Shown in pieces: positions 38,172 through 48,191 of a DNA stretch of 64,000 bases. Below the pieces are notes generated by a model that made no database searches, was not told the origin of the DNA, and saw nothing but the letters and a program-made list of their open reading frames with translations. Within the stretch, counting starts at the first letter, position 1, and each line of letters opens with the position of its first letter. Source of the stretch: a virus. The stretch is taken from the IMG/VR virus record IMGVR_UViG_3300045988_135160; one strand, written 5' to 3'. The position numbers were made by a program, and so were the translations under genes.

Positions 38172-38738
38172 CTATTTCAACCTGCCGTAGCTCATATCAG
38201 GATCACACCAGACATACCCATCTTTCTCATCATGGAGATACTCAGGACATCCTCTACATGCGCTACTTCCTGACACTATTTGATTGTTCTTATTAGGGCA
38301 CTTATCTCCAGGCTTATGCCATTCTATTCTCGAACCTGATCGTTCTTTGTTTACATGACAGAACTGAAAGATTTTTCCCATCGTCTTCTCGCCGAACATA
38401 CCTATATGTGTGTATTCTTCCGGTATAGAGAGAAATCCAGATAAATCTTTATACATCCTTTTCCGTTCCTCCGGCGTAGACCATAGTCTGTCAAGTTCGG
38501 CATGGACTCTTATCTTAAGAGATCTCAGTGATGGCCCCGCAAGCCGGCCTTTAGCTTTTCCCTTATTCGGCCCTGATTCATGAACACCGACATAAGCGTT
38601 GCATGGTTTGCACATCATAACCATACCTAAGCCTTTTCTGCTATATATTTTATCGGCATTGACCAGCTCGGTTTCCCTTCCGCAATAAGGACAAATTTCG
38701 CCTCTTAAAACCCGTTGTTGGCGCTCATTAAGTTCCAT
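38172..38738 (-). CDS. zinc-finger protein (188 aa)
   Basis: CPYCG, CKPC and CRGC Cys pairs. Confidence 0.5.
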   Translation of the reverse strand: MELNERQQRVLRGEICPYCGRETELVNADKIYSRKGLGMVMMCKPCNAYVGVHESGPNKGKAKGRLAGPSLRSLKIRVHAELDRLWSTPEERKRMYKDLSGFLSIPEEYTHIGMFGEKTMGKIFQFCHVNKERSGSRIEWHKPGDKCPNKNNQIVSGSSACRGCPEYLHDEKDGYVWCDPDMSYGRLK

Positions 38739-38980
38739 ACCCTATTCTTTTGTTTTTCTTTAAACTTTTCATACAAACTGCTTTCAGTTTCCATTTCCGA
38801 AACCTCTACCTCTACGTCCTCTCTTTTGAAAATTACTTTCTTGGCTGTCGGATACGCGCATTTAGAGATACGAATAGCATTACGAATAGCGTAAACAAAA
38901 TACGTTTCTGGTGACGATTCGATCACCACTACCTCATTTAAAGTGTTTTTGTAATTTTCCATATTATCTACTTGCTTCAA
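38705..38980 (-). CDS. hypothetical protein (91 aa)
   Basis: ORF track only. Confidence 0.35.
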   Translation of the reverse strand: MKQVDNMENYKNTLNEVVVIESSPETYFVYAIRNAIRISKCAYPTAKKVIFKREDVEVEVSEMETESSLYEKFKEKQKNRVWNLMSANNGF

Positions 38981-39314
38981 TTATATAACCCGGATGATCT
39001 TCGCACGCCTCTTTATATTCGATAAGAAACTTAAGAAATGAATCATAAGACCCCCATCCATTTTCTGGCTCGTATTTCAAAAGACTTTTTCTCTTGGAGA
39101 TCATAATACATATACCTTTTGTAAGTACATTCTTCATCTCATTGGTATATATTTCTCTATACAATTCTTCTGGTCTCCAAACATAATCGTACAGCGTTTC
39201 TTTATTTTCTGATACGAATATTCTTTGTGCCATCTTGTTCATGTTGTGGGTGATGTTTGCAACCCATTCACGATCCTCTTTCTTCTTGTTCTTAATATAA
39301 ACATCCAGGCTCAT
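38964..39314 (-). CDS. hypothetical protein (116 aa)
   Basis: ORF track only. Confidence 0.4.
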   Translation of the reverse strand: MSLDVYIKNKKKEDREWVANITHNMNKMAQRIFVSENKETLYDYVWRPEELYREIYTNEMKNVLTKGICIMISKRKSLLKYEPENGWGSYDSFLKFLIEYKEACEDHPGYIIEASR

Positions 39315-40305
39315 GATATTTTTCTTTTATCTTGTTACTAATTATCAAATCTGCCACATCATCTCCGTCTCCTACATTTTCAACATTTTGAAGATAGTCC
39401 GATACTTTTATCCTTGACTTCATCATCATCCCATCTATCTTTTTACTCCATGTCTCAAATGCTTGTCCTTTGTCCGGAAAAGCTACAGTCTTTCTATCTT
39501 TTAAAACATCTATCACTTCCGGCCTTAGATTCTGCAACCCACCGGTAGCTACAAATAACTCATCCGGTTTATTCACGGCGCATATAATAGCCGTCTTTTC
39601 TGATTCCACCAGATTAACCACCTTATCCGGATACTGGCTTAGAAGATGCTCTCCGAACAGGCATTGTCTAAACAAGAAGTCCCTTGCATGCAACGAATGA
39701 TAAAACATAACATGAGGCCGCTCATTGTCACCGTCTTTTTCCTTCACTCTTTTTACATCAATCTCATTCCCCTGGCTGTCGGTCTTTATATAAAAGTCCA
39801 TGATCTTGCCGGTTCTGCATACAAAGTCCTTATCTATCTGCCAGAATATACAACACCCTTTCCATCCCCATAAGTCCATTGTTCCGACATGATACCTTCT
39901 GAACACATCAGATACCCTTTCTTTTCCCCATAGAGACGATAAAAATCTAAATACGGTGTTTCTATCGTCTGGAACCACAGTCCTCTCAAACTCGCTAAAA
40001 GGTATGTAATTTACAACGTCAGGATTTACAGGAGGACGATAAGCTCTTATGCACTTATTTCCCGAAATCCAAAGATCTTTGTCACCTACATCCTTGCCGG
40101 TAGGTCGTTTATCATAACCGCAAGTTCGTTCATGATCGCATCTTCCAAACTCATTGCCAACGACCTGACCGGTCGCCACATCAATATAAGGGGTAAGGCA
40201 CCGGCTTTTCCCGCAAGCCGGGCAGGTTAGCTTCAGTCGGCTCCTGCCAGGCCTGCGGTCAAGTTGAAACCGAGGTACGTTTTCGTATTTTCTAAAATCA
40301 AGCAT
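39292..40305 (-). CDS. DNA primase-like protein (zinc finger plus TOPRIM-like region)
   Basis: Zn ribbon CPACGKSRC...CDHERTCGY. Downstream acidic cluster VESEKTAIICAV ... AFPDKGQ compatible with TOPRIM. Confidence 0.45.
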   Translation of the reverse strand: MLDFRKYENVPRFQLDRRPGRSRLKLTCPACGKSRCLTPYIDVATGQVVGNEFGRCDHERTCGYDKRPTGKDVGDKDLWISGNKCIRAYRPPVNPDVVNYIPFSEFERTVVPDDRNTVFRFLSSLWGKERVSDVFRRYHVGTMDLWGWKGCCIFWQIDKDFVCRTGKIMDFYIKTDSQGNEIDVKRVKEKDGDNERPHVMFYHSLHARDFLFRQCLFGEHLLSQYPDKVVNLVESEKTAIICAVNKPDELFVATGGLQNLRPEVIDVLKDRKTVAFPDKGQAFETWSKKIDGMMMKSRIKVSDYLQNVENVGDGDDVADLIISNKIKEKYHEPGCLY

Positions 40306-40327
40306 CCTTAGCTCCTCTCATTGCTTT

Positions 40328-41656
40328 TTATATCATGAATCTTTTAGACATTTCCTCTGCAATATCATATACAACCGTATGATCTTCTTCATTGTACGGC
40401 TTATTGATATTCAACACTCCTTTTCTCACTTTAAACTTCTTATCTTTTCTAAGGTGATTCAACATACCTTGTTGGAACACGCAGTCCGCCTTTTCAAGTG
40501 CTATACTGTCTTCTGTCCATTCTTTCAACGTATATCCTTTGCTGCTCGTGCTTTTTGGAGAAAAGTTCATAATACGTGCATCAATCCCATACCATGCTTT
40601 AACCATTCTTCTTTCAGCTTCTAATTGAAATGCGTATGATTCCCATATTCCCCCTGATTTAAAGTCGAGAATAACCACTTCTTCCTTCTCCACGTCTCTT
40701 ACCTCCTTCTTCGGATCACCTTTTTTAAACTGCCCTGTAGCCCTTTGATACACGGCTCCAAAATAACCTTCTTCTTTGTATTTGAATGTCATTTTAACCA
40801 TCGCATCTATCGGCGTAGCTACTAAATAGTCTTCTAATGACAATATTCTTTCAATCATCATCGGCTTAACCTTATACTCTGAACAAAATTTGGCAAACTT
40901 CATAATTCTGACAATCATATCATCAAGATCATCAATACTGTTAAAAAACCGATCAAGATTTTTCTTAGATATTTTCAGCTTGCCTTCTTGCACTGTCTTA
41001 ACTACAAAGCTTCGATTTAAGACCATATCTCTACCTGTTAGGTACAATCCGTACAGATAGTGCATGATCGTTCCCCTGTCGGCTTCATACTGTGCCACCT
41101 CTTCCGGATTGCGACCAAGCATCTTCATCTCTTGCTTCCATTCCTGAAGTGCGGTCTTATCATCTACATACCCATCTTTGATTAAAGTTGTTACCGAAGC
41201 ATATATCTTGGCCGTTCCATCATCCATCTTCCTTACATAAAAACGATTATCGTCTAATGTCAATCTTACGAATTTGGGAGTCTCAATCTTCTTCAACTCA
41301 TCGCAGATATAAAACGGCTCTAACGTTTCTTGATTTTCTGTAAACGGATTCGAATCTTCCTCTCCAGGGTTAGGATCTGCTTCCTCTGCCGGAGCTTCCG
41401 GTTCTTCTCCCTGGGCCTGCTCTGGCTCAGGCGCCGGCTCTTTAACTACTGGAACCTGTCCGCCTCTTTCTGCTATGTCTTTGTTTTTTATTAAAGACAT
41501 AACTTCCTTTCTCAATTGCTCCGGTGTTTGATTAGGATCTGACACCGACATCACAACATCGTTCATTCTAAACAACGTATTTTCTACTCCTTCCACCATA
41601 GGGACAAACCCTAAATCTGTTAATATTTTAATCTTTTCTTCTATCATACCTGTCAA
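40328..41656 (-). CDS. hypothetical protein, possible PD-(D/E)xK-fold (442 aa)
   Basis: Pro/Glu-rich linker. C-terminal VVILDFKSGG ... YAFQL resembles a (D/E)xK core. Weak. Confidence 0.45.
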   Translation of the reverse strand: MTGMIEEKIKILTDLGFVPMVEGVENTLFRMNDVVMSVSDPNQTPEQLRKEVMSLIKNKDIAERGGQVPVVKEPAPEPEQAQGEEPEAPAEEADPNPGEEDSNPFTENQETLEPFYICDELKKIETPKFVRLTLDDNRFYVRKMDDGTAKIYASVTTLIKDGYVDDKTALQEWKQEMKMLGRNPEEVAQYEADRGTIMHYLYGLYLTGRDMVLNRSFVVKTVQEGKLKISKKNLDRFFNSIDDLDDMIVRIMKFAKFCSEYKVKPMMIERILSLEDYLVATPIDAMVKMTFKYKEEGYFGAVYQRATGQFKKGDPKKEVRDVEKEEVVILDFKSGGIWESYAFQLEAERRMVKAWYGIDARIMNFSPKSTSSKGYTLKEWTEDSIALEKADCVFQQGMLNHLRKDKKFKVRKGVLNINKPYNEEDHTVVYDIAEEMSKRFMI

Positions 41657-42155
41657 TTATTTCAATAATCAACCTACCTCTTTCTTTAATCATTCCCCTG
41701 CTTTCCATATCCAGTACCTTCTTTACCGCATACTTCCACACAAAAGGAAATTCTGTTTCAAGTTTATCAAATTCCATCCGGTCAAGATACATGTCGAATA
41801 CCGTATGCTCCGATTCATGTAGAAAAACTATATTATCTCTGCAAGTGGCAACAGACTTATATATCCTTTTTGGAAGTATGTGACATACGTTACATACTGT
41901 AGGAAAATGGATAGCCCTACCAGTCATAGACATCCGAATACTATTCAGCTCTTCCAGCATAAGACGAAAAAACCCGGATAAATCCGGGCTCTCTAACTTT
42001 TTCTTCTTGCTGCTGTTTTTAATGGATGTAATTCTGTTTTTTTTCTTCGGAGTCAACTCTTTGCTCCTGCAAGCCTGGCATAAGCCATGACTTCTTATCA
42101 TCACTTTTCGTCCGCATCGTTCGCAGACGTATAGTTTCTTTTCCTTGCTTTCCAT
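41628..42155 (-). CDS. zinc-ribbon protein (175 aa)
   Basis: CERCG...CQAC and CNVCH motifs. Confidence 0.45.
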   Translation of the reverse strand: MESKEKKLYVCERCGRKVMIRSHGLCQACRSKELTPKKKNRITSIKNSSKKKKLESPDLSGFFRLMLEELNSIRMSMTGRAIHFPTVCNVCHILPKRIYKSVATCRDNIVFLHESEHTVFDMYLDRMEFDKLETEFPFVWKYAVKKVLDMESRGMIKERGRLIIEIIDRYDRRKD

Positions 42156-42340
42156 TCGAATAATAATGATATTATTGAAAAGAACAATCCCGCTGAAGCC
42201 AGTAGATAAGGTACGTTCATTAATAATTTAGATACCTCGTCTGTCTTAATCACTATCAGAAGGAAAGCGCCTGCTGAAAGCAATAATATTATCGCCACAA
42301 CAAGCGCTATGTTGGAAACTACATCAGCCTTACTCTTCAC
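42101..42340 (-). CDS. small membrane protein (79 aa)
   Basis: Two hydrophobic helices. Confidence 0.35.
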   Translation of the reverse strand: MKSKADVVSNIALVVAIILLLSAGAFLLIVIKTDEVSKLLMNVPYLLASAGLFFSIISLLFEWKARKRNYTSANDADEK

Positions 42341-42827
42341 TCTTCTTCTCGCCTAATTTTTCAGCTCCCTTCTGAAGATCATATTTGAATACGTCAATGA
42401 TCTTCGTTTCAGCAATAGCTTCGCAATTCCAGTCGCCTAACGTGCCCTGCATGCCTTTAGTCAACACAGCTTCGGCATCCTTGGGATTGCCGGCCTGGAC
42501 ATACATATAGCATGGTGTTTTCTTTTCTTTACCTTTCTTTTCATCCAGTGTAATGTAATTCACCTTACACTTATACCAGTACTCAGCTTCTCCGTTGAAG
42601 AAGATTTCCGACACTTTAATAGGATTTATTTTAACAATGTCGAACACTTGAAATAAATCCTTGAAAATCTCTAAAGATCTTGATTCTGCCTCTGTATAAG
42701 ATAAGGCATCTACCAAATACTTTTCAGTTACCTTCTTTTTTTTGCCGTTCTCGATATTATCAATCTCGGCTTTTACTGTGATTTCAAACCAACGATTCAT
42801 GTCTATATTTTTATTCAAATTAATCAA
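42330..42827 (-). CDS. hypothetical protein (165 aa)
   Basis: ORF. Its start overlaps the iscB-2 stop. Confidence 0.45.
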   Translation of the reverse strand: MINLNKNIDMNRWFEITVKAEIDNIENGKKKKVTEKYLVDALSYTEAESRSLEIFKDLFQVFDIVKINPIKVSEIFFNGEAEYWYKCKVNYITLDEKKGKEKKTPCYMYVQAGNPKDAEAVLTKGMQGTLGDWNCEAIAETKIIDVFKYDLQKGAEKLGEKKSEE

Positions 42828-44050
42828 TCCATTTCCTTTTGTACCATAAAGCGTTTACACCTTGATAATTTCAATTTCTTGTATGTAATATCTCTTTGGT
42901 TTTTACCATCAATATCTCGAATATTAAAACTACCGGTTTTACGCCTTGCGAATATAAAATAATAACTGTTTTCAAACATAACCCTATCAAACAATCGGAA
43001 ACCAAAAACTTCAAAAGGAGATTGATTTGGTCTTTTTATCCCTCCTTTTGGAATCTTTTGTTTATGGATCTGACGATTATGTCTTCTTACTAATCTTACT
43101 TTATAATAATATCCTAACCTTATAGCATCAAAGTTTTTAGAAATAACAAATGCATCGAAAACATGAGATTTTTCAATACCATGTTTAATCCTATTGTATT
43201 TTGTAACATAACCGAAAGTCATAGAAACTCTGTTGTATTTAGACCTTAGTTCTTCATACAATCTCCATTTCATTATTCCCATTACGGCTGCGTCGCGAAG
43301 CGACGATCCCCGTTTGATCTTTAAATCTATATTACCTTTATGGTATTCTTTATGACAAGTTTCACATAAGGTAATAAGATTAGATGGGGAATCTCCACCT
43401 GTCTTTCGTGATTCAATATGATGAACATTCAATACTGGGTCTTTTGACTTTCCCTTACAATGCTGGCATTTATGTCCATCTCTTGCTAAAACATATTCCC
43501 TAACGTTCCAAAATCCAAGTTGATCACCCTCCTGATATTCTTTACCTGATATATTAGGATTGTTAATCTTTTGAGTATCAAATTGAGCTACTTCGATAAC
43601 AATACGAGATATTGGTAATATAGAACATACATTGTCAATAACACGAATATGGGCGTCTACTTTGTATTTCACCGAAGGTGCTACCCATCCCGGACGCTTA
43701 CTTTTTATTCTATTATCAAAACGAGGTTTTCTATATCTCAATCTATTTCGTCTTGATCTTCGTAGCTCCCTTCTGGTAGACAAAAGATCTACGATATCAT
43801 TTCTAAGGATAACTTCACTGCTGTAAAGTTCTTTGCTTTTCGTTGTAGCCGATAGACCAACATGTTTAGTACCAGCATCAACGCCTAACACAATTTCTTG
43901 TTTGTAATCAGATGTTACGTACATTAATTTGATGGTAAACGGACATAGGTTTACAACGATTGCCTTTTTGTCTTTAAGCAGTCTCCTAACCTTACCATGC
44001 CTTGTTGTAGGCATCATAGGTTTACCATTTATGTCTTGTACGTACACCAT
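42824..44050 (-). CDS. iscB: IscB RNA-guided nuclease, copy 2 (about 80 percent identical to copy 1)
   Basis: Same PLMP, RuvC and HNH motifs (MVYVQDINGKPMMPTTRHGKVRRLLK; CQHCKGKSKDPVLNVHHIESRKTGGDSPSNLITLCETCHKEYH). C-terminus diverges from copy 1 after YKKLK. Confidence 0.85.
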   Translation of the reverse strand: MVYVQDINGKPMMPTTRHGKVRRLLKDKKAIVVNLCPFTIKLMYVTSDYKQEIVLGVDAGTKHVGLSATTKSKELYSSEVILRNDIVDLLSTRRELRRSRRNRLRYRKPRFDNRIKSKRPGWVAPSVKYKVDAHIRVIDNVCSILPISRIVIEVAQFDTQKINNPNISGKEYQEGDQLGFWNVREYVLARDGHKCQHCKGKSKDPVLNVHHIESRKTGGDSPSNLITLCETCHKEYHKGNIDLKIKRGSSLRDAAVMGIMKWRLYEELRSKYNRVSMTFGYVTKYNRIKHGIEKSHVFDAFVISKNFDAIRLGYYYKVRLVRRHNRQIHKQKIPKGGIKRPNQSPFEVFGFRLFDRVMFENSYYFIFARRKTGSFNIRDIDGKNQRDITYKKLKLSRCKRFMVQKEMD

Positions 44051-44300
44051 ATCTACAAACGTTTTTAATGTTTATTCAACATAAGTCAGAGTGAAACTCT
44101 GTTAGTACCCATCGCCAATGTTATTTAAGGTTTTTTTTGTAAGCAACACTGTTCCTGAATACCAGAACTGTTTAATCACTTACCTTAGAGCTACGAACTT
44201 GGGCAAACATCCGTAGGTAACTATCTATTCTTAAATAACGTAGTGTTTGTTTCAACACTTAGGCTAATAATCGGAATAGCTTTTGGCTATTATGCATAAT
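42869..44300 (-). mobile_element. non-autonomous IS200/IS605-like IscB element 2 (boundaries approximate)
   Basis: Extent of nucleotide and protein similarity to element 1. Confidence 0.45.
44051..44300 (-). ncRNA. putative IscB omega-RNA, copy 2 (guide about 44281-44300)
   Basis: Conserved with 37559-37810. Compensatory stem changes support a structured RNA. Confidence 0.55.
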
Positions 44301-44509
44301 ACAATACAAATTGTTTATGATTTGTATGGGTTATGCATTATTCTCGATTATTTACTATCGTGGCCACGAAATACTTACACCCCTCTAAGTGCGTCAGGGC
44401 TTCAATCATAGCTTCTTTTATCTCTTTTTCTTCCATTCTGTTTGTTTTTTTGGACAAAGATATGCCTTTTGATAATAAAAAAGATTCAAAATGATTTAAT
44501 TTAGCTTAA

Positions 44510-45178
44510 TTACTGCTCTTTTGATTCGTCCGGTATAGGCATGTCAAACTTTTTTCTGATAAACGACTCTGTTTCTTCGTTGAATGGATAGGCCTCCTCG
44601 ATAAAATTCATAGCTACCTCCATGTCACCGTCTGCTATATCTTTATACCTTTCAAAGATACCAACCAGGTCATTGTTGTATGAACGTTCTTGTTTTATGT
44701 TGTACACGTATTTCAATACCCTGTCTTTGATTTCATTGGCTTTTTTCACAGTATCATTGAAAGAATTTATACTTTCCAATTCTGGATCTTTGTTTTCCTT
44801 GTTTACCTTATCAAACTCTTCCTTGCTATATCCCGCTTCTCCTGTAATGGCTGGGCAAACACTTCCATTTATGATCCAAAACTGCTCATACGATCCTATC
44901 AGAAACTTTGATTCCATTTTAAATGCATTATATTTAATAAGCAAATTAGCCACCTCTGTTGCACCTTCTATGGTTCTAAAACCGATGCCGATATCTTTTA
45001 ACATAAATACTGGAACTCCAGTTCTTGGATACACGACTTCTTTTTTGTTCTTTATATTCCAGTTTTTAGCTTCAATTGGAATACCTTTACCAGCAAGCTC
45101 TTTGTCTATATACAGATATATCTCTTTGCATGTCAATGACACAATCTCATCTCTGCTTAAATCAAAAACTGTTTTCAT
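44510..45178 (-). CDS. hypothetical protein (222 aa)
   Basis: ORF. An antisense ORF at 44622-45200 was rejected. Confidence 0.5.
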   Translation of the reverse strand: MKTVFDLSRDEIVSLTCKEIYLYIDKELAGKGIPIEAKNWNIKNKKEVVYPRTGVPVFMLKDIGIGFRTIEGATEVANLLIKYNAFKMESKFLIGSYEQFWIINGSVCPAITGEAGYSKEEFDKVNKENKDPELESINSFNDTVKKANEIKDRVLKYVYNIKQERSYNNDLVGIFERYKDIADGDMEVAMNFIEEAYPFNEETESFIRKKFDMPIPDESKEQ

Positions 45179-45378
45179 TTATTTTTATTTATTAAATTAA
45201 ACAATCTACCTCTTTGTTCGGGCTCCGTATATTCAACCCATATATCGGCTGCCACATTTCTAAGAAATTCCATAAAGTCTTGATGATCCCTGTATTCAGC
45301 AGAATCAACTTTTCTCACAAAACTTAGAATTTCCTTTAACATCTTATTGTTTTCTTCAAGAAGTTCTCTGTCGGTCAT
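45175..45378 (-). CDS. hypothetical protein (67 aa)
   Basis: ORF with a 4-nt overlap. Confidence 0.35.
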   Translation of the reverse strand: MTDRELLEENNKMLKEILSFVRKVDSAEYRDHQDFMEFLRNVAADIWVEYTEPEQRGRLFNLINKNK

Positions 45379-45498
45379 AACCTTTCATATTTTCTTCTTA
45401 AGTCTTTACCTGCCCAGATATCATGATCTTTTTCTTGTTCTTGATAAATCTTTGCTGCTTTTTCAATATCTTCTCTTTTCATAATTTTATACTTTAAT

Positions 45499-45834
45499 CT
45501 AACCTCCAATAAAATCATCGGGAGTTATATATCCTACTGATTCCATACGGTCTATAATCTCATTCGCATTCATTTCTGAACCGTTCCATTCAAGTATGAT
45601 TTCATTTCCTGAAGCCATGCTCAAATTAGGCTCATTATCTCTAAATCCTGAGAAAGCAAGATGTTCCCAAATGGATTGCAGTGCAAGATCCGCTTCGTTT
45701 TGTTTGTTTTCTGCTTTCTTTATGGCATTTCTTAATTTTTTATTCATTATCACCCCCTTTCTTCTTCGCATGGGAGCAAGTCCTCGATGTATGCCCAGCG
45801 CATATAATGATCCTTTTCTGAAAGTTCTTCCCAT
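45499..45834 (-). CDS. hypothetical protein (111 aa)
   Basis: ORF track only. Confidence 0.4.
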   Translation of the reverse strand: MGRTFRKGSLYALGIHRGLAPMRRRKGVIMNKKLRNAIKKAENKQNEADLALQSIWEHLAFSGFRDNEPNLSMASGNEIILEWNGSEMNANEIIDRMESVGYITPDDFIGG

Positions 45835-46001
45835 GGCTTGCTCTTGGTTAAATAGACCAAATCATAAGCACCGTCAATATCCTCCACAATGAGCAGTTTC
45901 CCTTTGTCTGGCTTTTCTCTTGCATCGTGCCACACGCTGTTAATGCGCCATTCTGCACCAGCTTTAAAAAGAGGAACAGCAAATTCTATATCTTGTTTCA
46001 T
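45750..46001 (-). CDS. hypothetical protein (83 aa)
   Basis: ORF track only. Confidence 0.35.
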   Translation of the reverse strand: MKQDIEFAVPLFKAGAEWRINSVWHDAREKPDKGKLLIVEDIDGAYDLVYLTKSKPWEELSEKDHYMRWAYIEDLLPCEEERG

Positions 46002-46045
46002 GTCTTATTATTGTTTAATTAATTTAAATATTTTTAGTTTTGAAA

Positions 46046-46291
46046 TTATTTAATATGCTTATCGGCTGGATTGATTATCAATCCATCGTCACATGAAGGG
46101 AATGATATGTTAGATTCTCCATTATCAAGATTAGTCAGTTTAACCGTTCCAGCATATTCATCATCCACAAAAAACAATTGATCCGAAGAAACCACAAACC
46201 TGCATTGATATGCATTCATCATTGCTCCAAGTTGTCTAATCTTAGTTTTAATCTCTAAAAGTTGAGCGTTGTTGATTATATTCTTATTCAT
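46046..46291 (-). CDS. hypothetical protein (81 aa)
   Basis: ORF track only. Confidence 0.35.
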   Translation of the reverse strand: MNKNIINNAQLLEIKTKIRQLGAMMNAYQCRFVVSSDQLFFVDDEYAGTVKLTNLDNGESNISFPSCDDGLIINPADKHIK

Positions 46292-46444
46292 ATTTTATTA
46301 AAGTTTATCTATTATTTTGTCACCCATTTCCTGCCATTCATCACTCACGCTTATAACCAATCCTATGACAGTGAATGATAATAACAACGTAAAAATAAGC
46401 CATAACAGAAAGCAGATAAAAACACATACATACCTCATGATTTT

Positions 46445-47191
46445 TCAGTTGTTAGATAAAAGCAAAATCGGTTCATTTGACTCCGCAATTGCTTTTATTT
46501 GTTCTGGATTGATAAAACTCTTGACTTGTTCACTTATCTTACAAATAGATTTGATCATATCAACGAATAATTTTGAGGTGCATTCGTTGCATTCCACTTC
46601 CATTACCGGCTTATATCGATTGTATGACATACCTGCTACACAATTCAGCCAGTGCGCATAGGTTCCTTTTTCTGTATTTAACCTGCTGTATTCTACTTTT
46701 GTCTCTCCATTTCCATATTCAATTACTCTTTTTAGAAATGGTTTTGCATAAACACTAAAACCGAAAGGTTGGGTGTTTAAGGCATCTAAACGGGAAGTTC
46801 CATCCCTCCATTCTCCATTTTCATCGCCTCCTGTCCATTCCTTAGAGGGGTTAGGGACAATATTTCCGTTTTTGTCATAGGAAAACATGCAATTCGTTTC
46901 CAGTTGATACTTAATAATAGGCACTTCTTCTACTATTTTATAACTCAAACATCTCTTTAAAACTTCCCTGATTTGACTTTCCAAATCAGAAAGTGCTATA
47001 CTATTAAAATATCCTTCATTGCCTAATCTGTTTGTAGGTAATTTGATCCCATAAGAATGAATCTTGTCCACATCTTCTTTTGACAAGGTAGTGGTAAACA
47101 CTCCTTCTTTGGTGACATTTACTTTAACAGTTACGGACAAACTGTTGTTAGCATTCTTTTCCGTTATATTTAGTGTTGTTAATGCTGCCAT
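46445..47191 (-). CDS. hypothetical protein (248 aa)
   Basis: ORF track only. Confidence 0.5.
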   Translation of the reverse strand: MAALTTLNITEKNANNSLSVTVKVNVTKEGVFTTTLSKEDVDKIHSYGIKLPTNRLGNEGYFNSIALSDLESQIREVLKRCLSYKIVEEVPIIKYQLETNCMFSYDKNGNIVPNPSKEWTGGDENGEWRDGTSRLDALNTQPFGFSVYAKPFLKRVIEYGNGETKVEYSRLNTEKGTYAHWLNCVAGMSYNRYKPVMEVECNECTSKLFVDMIKSICKISEQVKSFINPEQIKAIAESNEPILLLSNN

Positions 47192-47209
47192 AATCAGAAC
47201 TTTTTAAAA

Positions 47210-47461
47210 TCAATTCGAATAAATATAATACATTCCTGCTTCATATACCTTATGTACATCAGGGTCATTCTTGTCTTCCGGTTCCAATTCACTCTCTTCG
47301 CGAGTATAATCCCATTCAGAGTTGTAGTACATATCCTCATTTGTTTTCTCCAAGGAGCAATCTTTCATCAAATTCATATTTTCTCCCCATACTGCAACTT
47401 CTTGTCGTTGCTCTTCTTCTGTCATAAGGGATATTTTGTCTTTTAATTCTTTCCAGGTCAT
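47210..47461 (-). CDS. hypothetical acidic protein (83 aa)
   Basis: ORF track only. Confidence 0.35.
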   Translation of the reverse strand: MTWKELKDKISLMTEEEQRQEVAVWGENMNLMKDCSLEKTNEDMYYNSEWDYTREESELEPEDKNDPDVHKVYEAGMYYIYSN

Positions 47462-47485
47462 GATTTCTAAAATATGATCAATAAT

Positions 47486-47869
47486 TCATTCTACATCAAA
47501 AAGTTGATCTAACACCAATAATTCTGCATCCATATCTTCATCTTTCGGGAAACGAACTTTTATATTTCCAAACTTAGATGTCTTAAACAAGATGTAGGGG
47601 TTCATGTCTTCGGCGGTCACCGGCTTATATTCCTTAACTTCCGACATCTTGAGATACCAGTCACCTATTTTTACAAACCCAGAAAAGATAGAACACAGAT
47701 GCGCTTTTACAGACTGTATCTCCTTTTTATCTTTGAAAGGTATAATTTCGTCCTTTCCCCTTATCCTGATTGACAAGAAAGGACGAATGTTATCTGTTTC
47801 ATTTTGAAATTTGAAGCCTGTTATGGCTTGCTTGGGGATTCTTCTTCCCATTAATATAAAATAGCTCAT
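47486..47869 (-). CDS. hypothetical protein (127 aa)
   Basis: ORF track only. Confidence 0.45.
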   Translation of the reverse strand: MSYFILMGRRIPKQAITGFKFQNETDNIRPFLSIRIRGKDEIIPFKDKKEIQSVKAHLCSIFSGFVKIGDWYLKMSEVKEYKPVTAEDMNPYILFKTSKFGNIKVRFPKDEDMDAELLVLDQLFDVE

Positions 47870-48180
47870 TGTGATAAGTGATTTTGTTTTATGTTAGGTA
47901 AGTAATTTGTAATAACATCAAGTGATATCCATAACTCTGGCTCTATGCTGTTTTTTATTCTATCACTGAAAAGAGAATTATCATCACAATCACAATGAGA
48001 GATTGTGATATAACAATCTTGATAATCCCACCAATGAGCCGATTTAAAATCGTCTCCTCCATTCCAAAACCCTATTCTTATACCTCTTGGGTTGAAATCT
48101 TCATCTATCCAACTTGGGTGATAAGCCAACACTTCTTCTCCCTCTGAAGGTTTTTCCTCTTTGTATTTCTTCCAGTCCAT
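47866..48180 (-). CDS. hypothetical protein (104 aa)
   Basis: ORF with a 4-nt overlap. Confidence 0.45.
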   Translation of the reverse strand: MDWKKYKEEKPSEGEEVLAYHPSWIDEDFNPRGIRIGFWNGGDDFKSAHWWDYQDCYITISHCDCDDNSLFSDRIKNSIEPELWISLDVITNYLPNIKQNHLSQ

Positions 48181-48191
48181 TTCACTTTTAA

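Noticed and set aside
44622-45200. Plus-strand ORF 44622-45200 (192 aa)
   Set aside because: Antisense to 44510-45178. It is on the strand opposite to the entire local gene array and the translation is hydrophobic and low-complexity.
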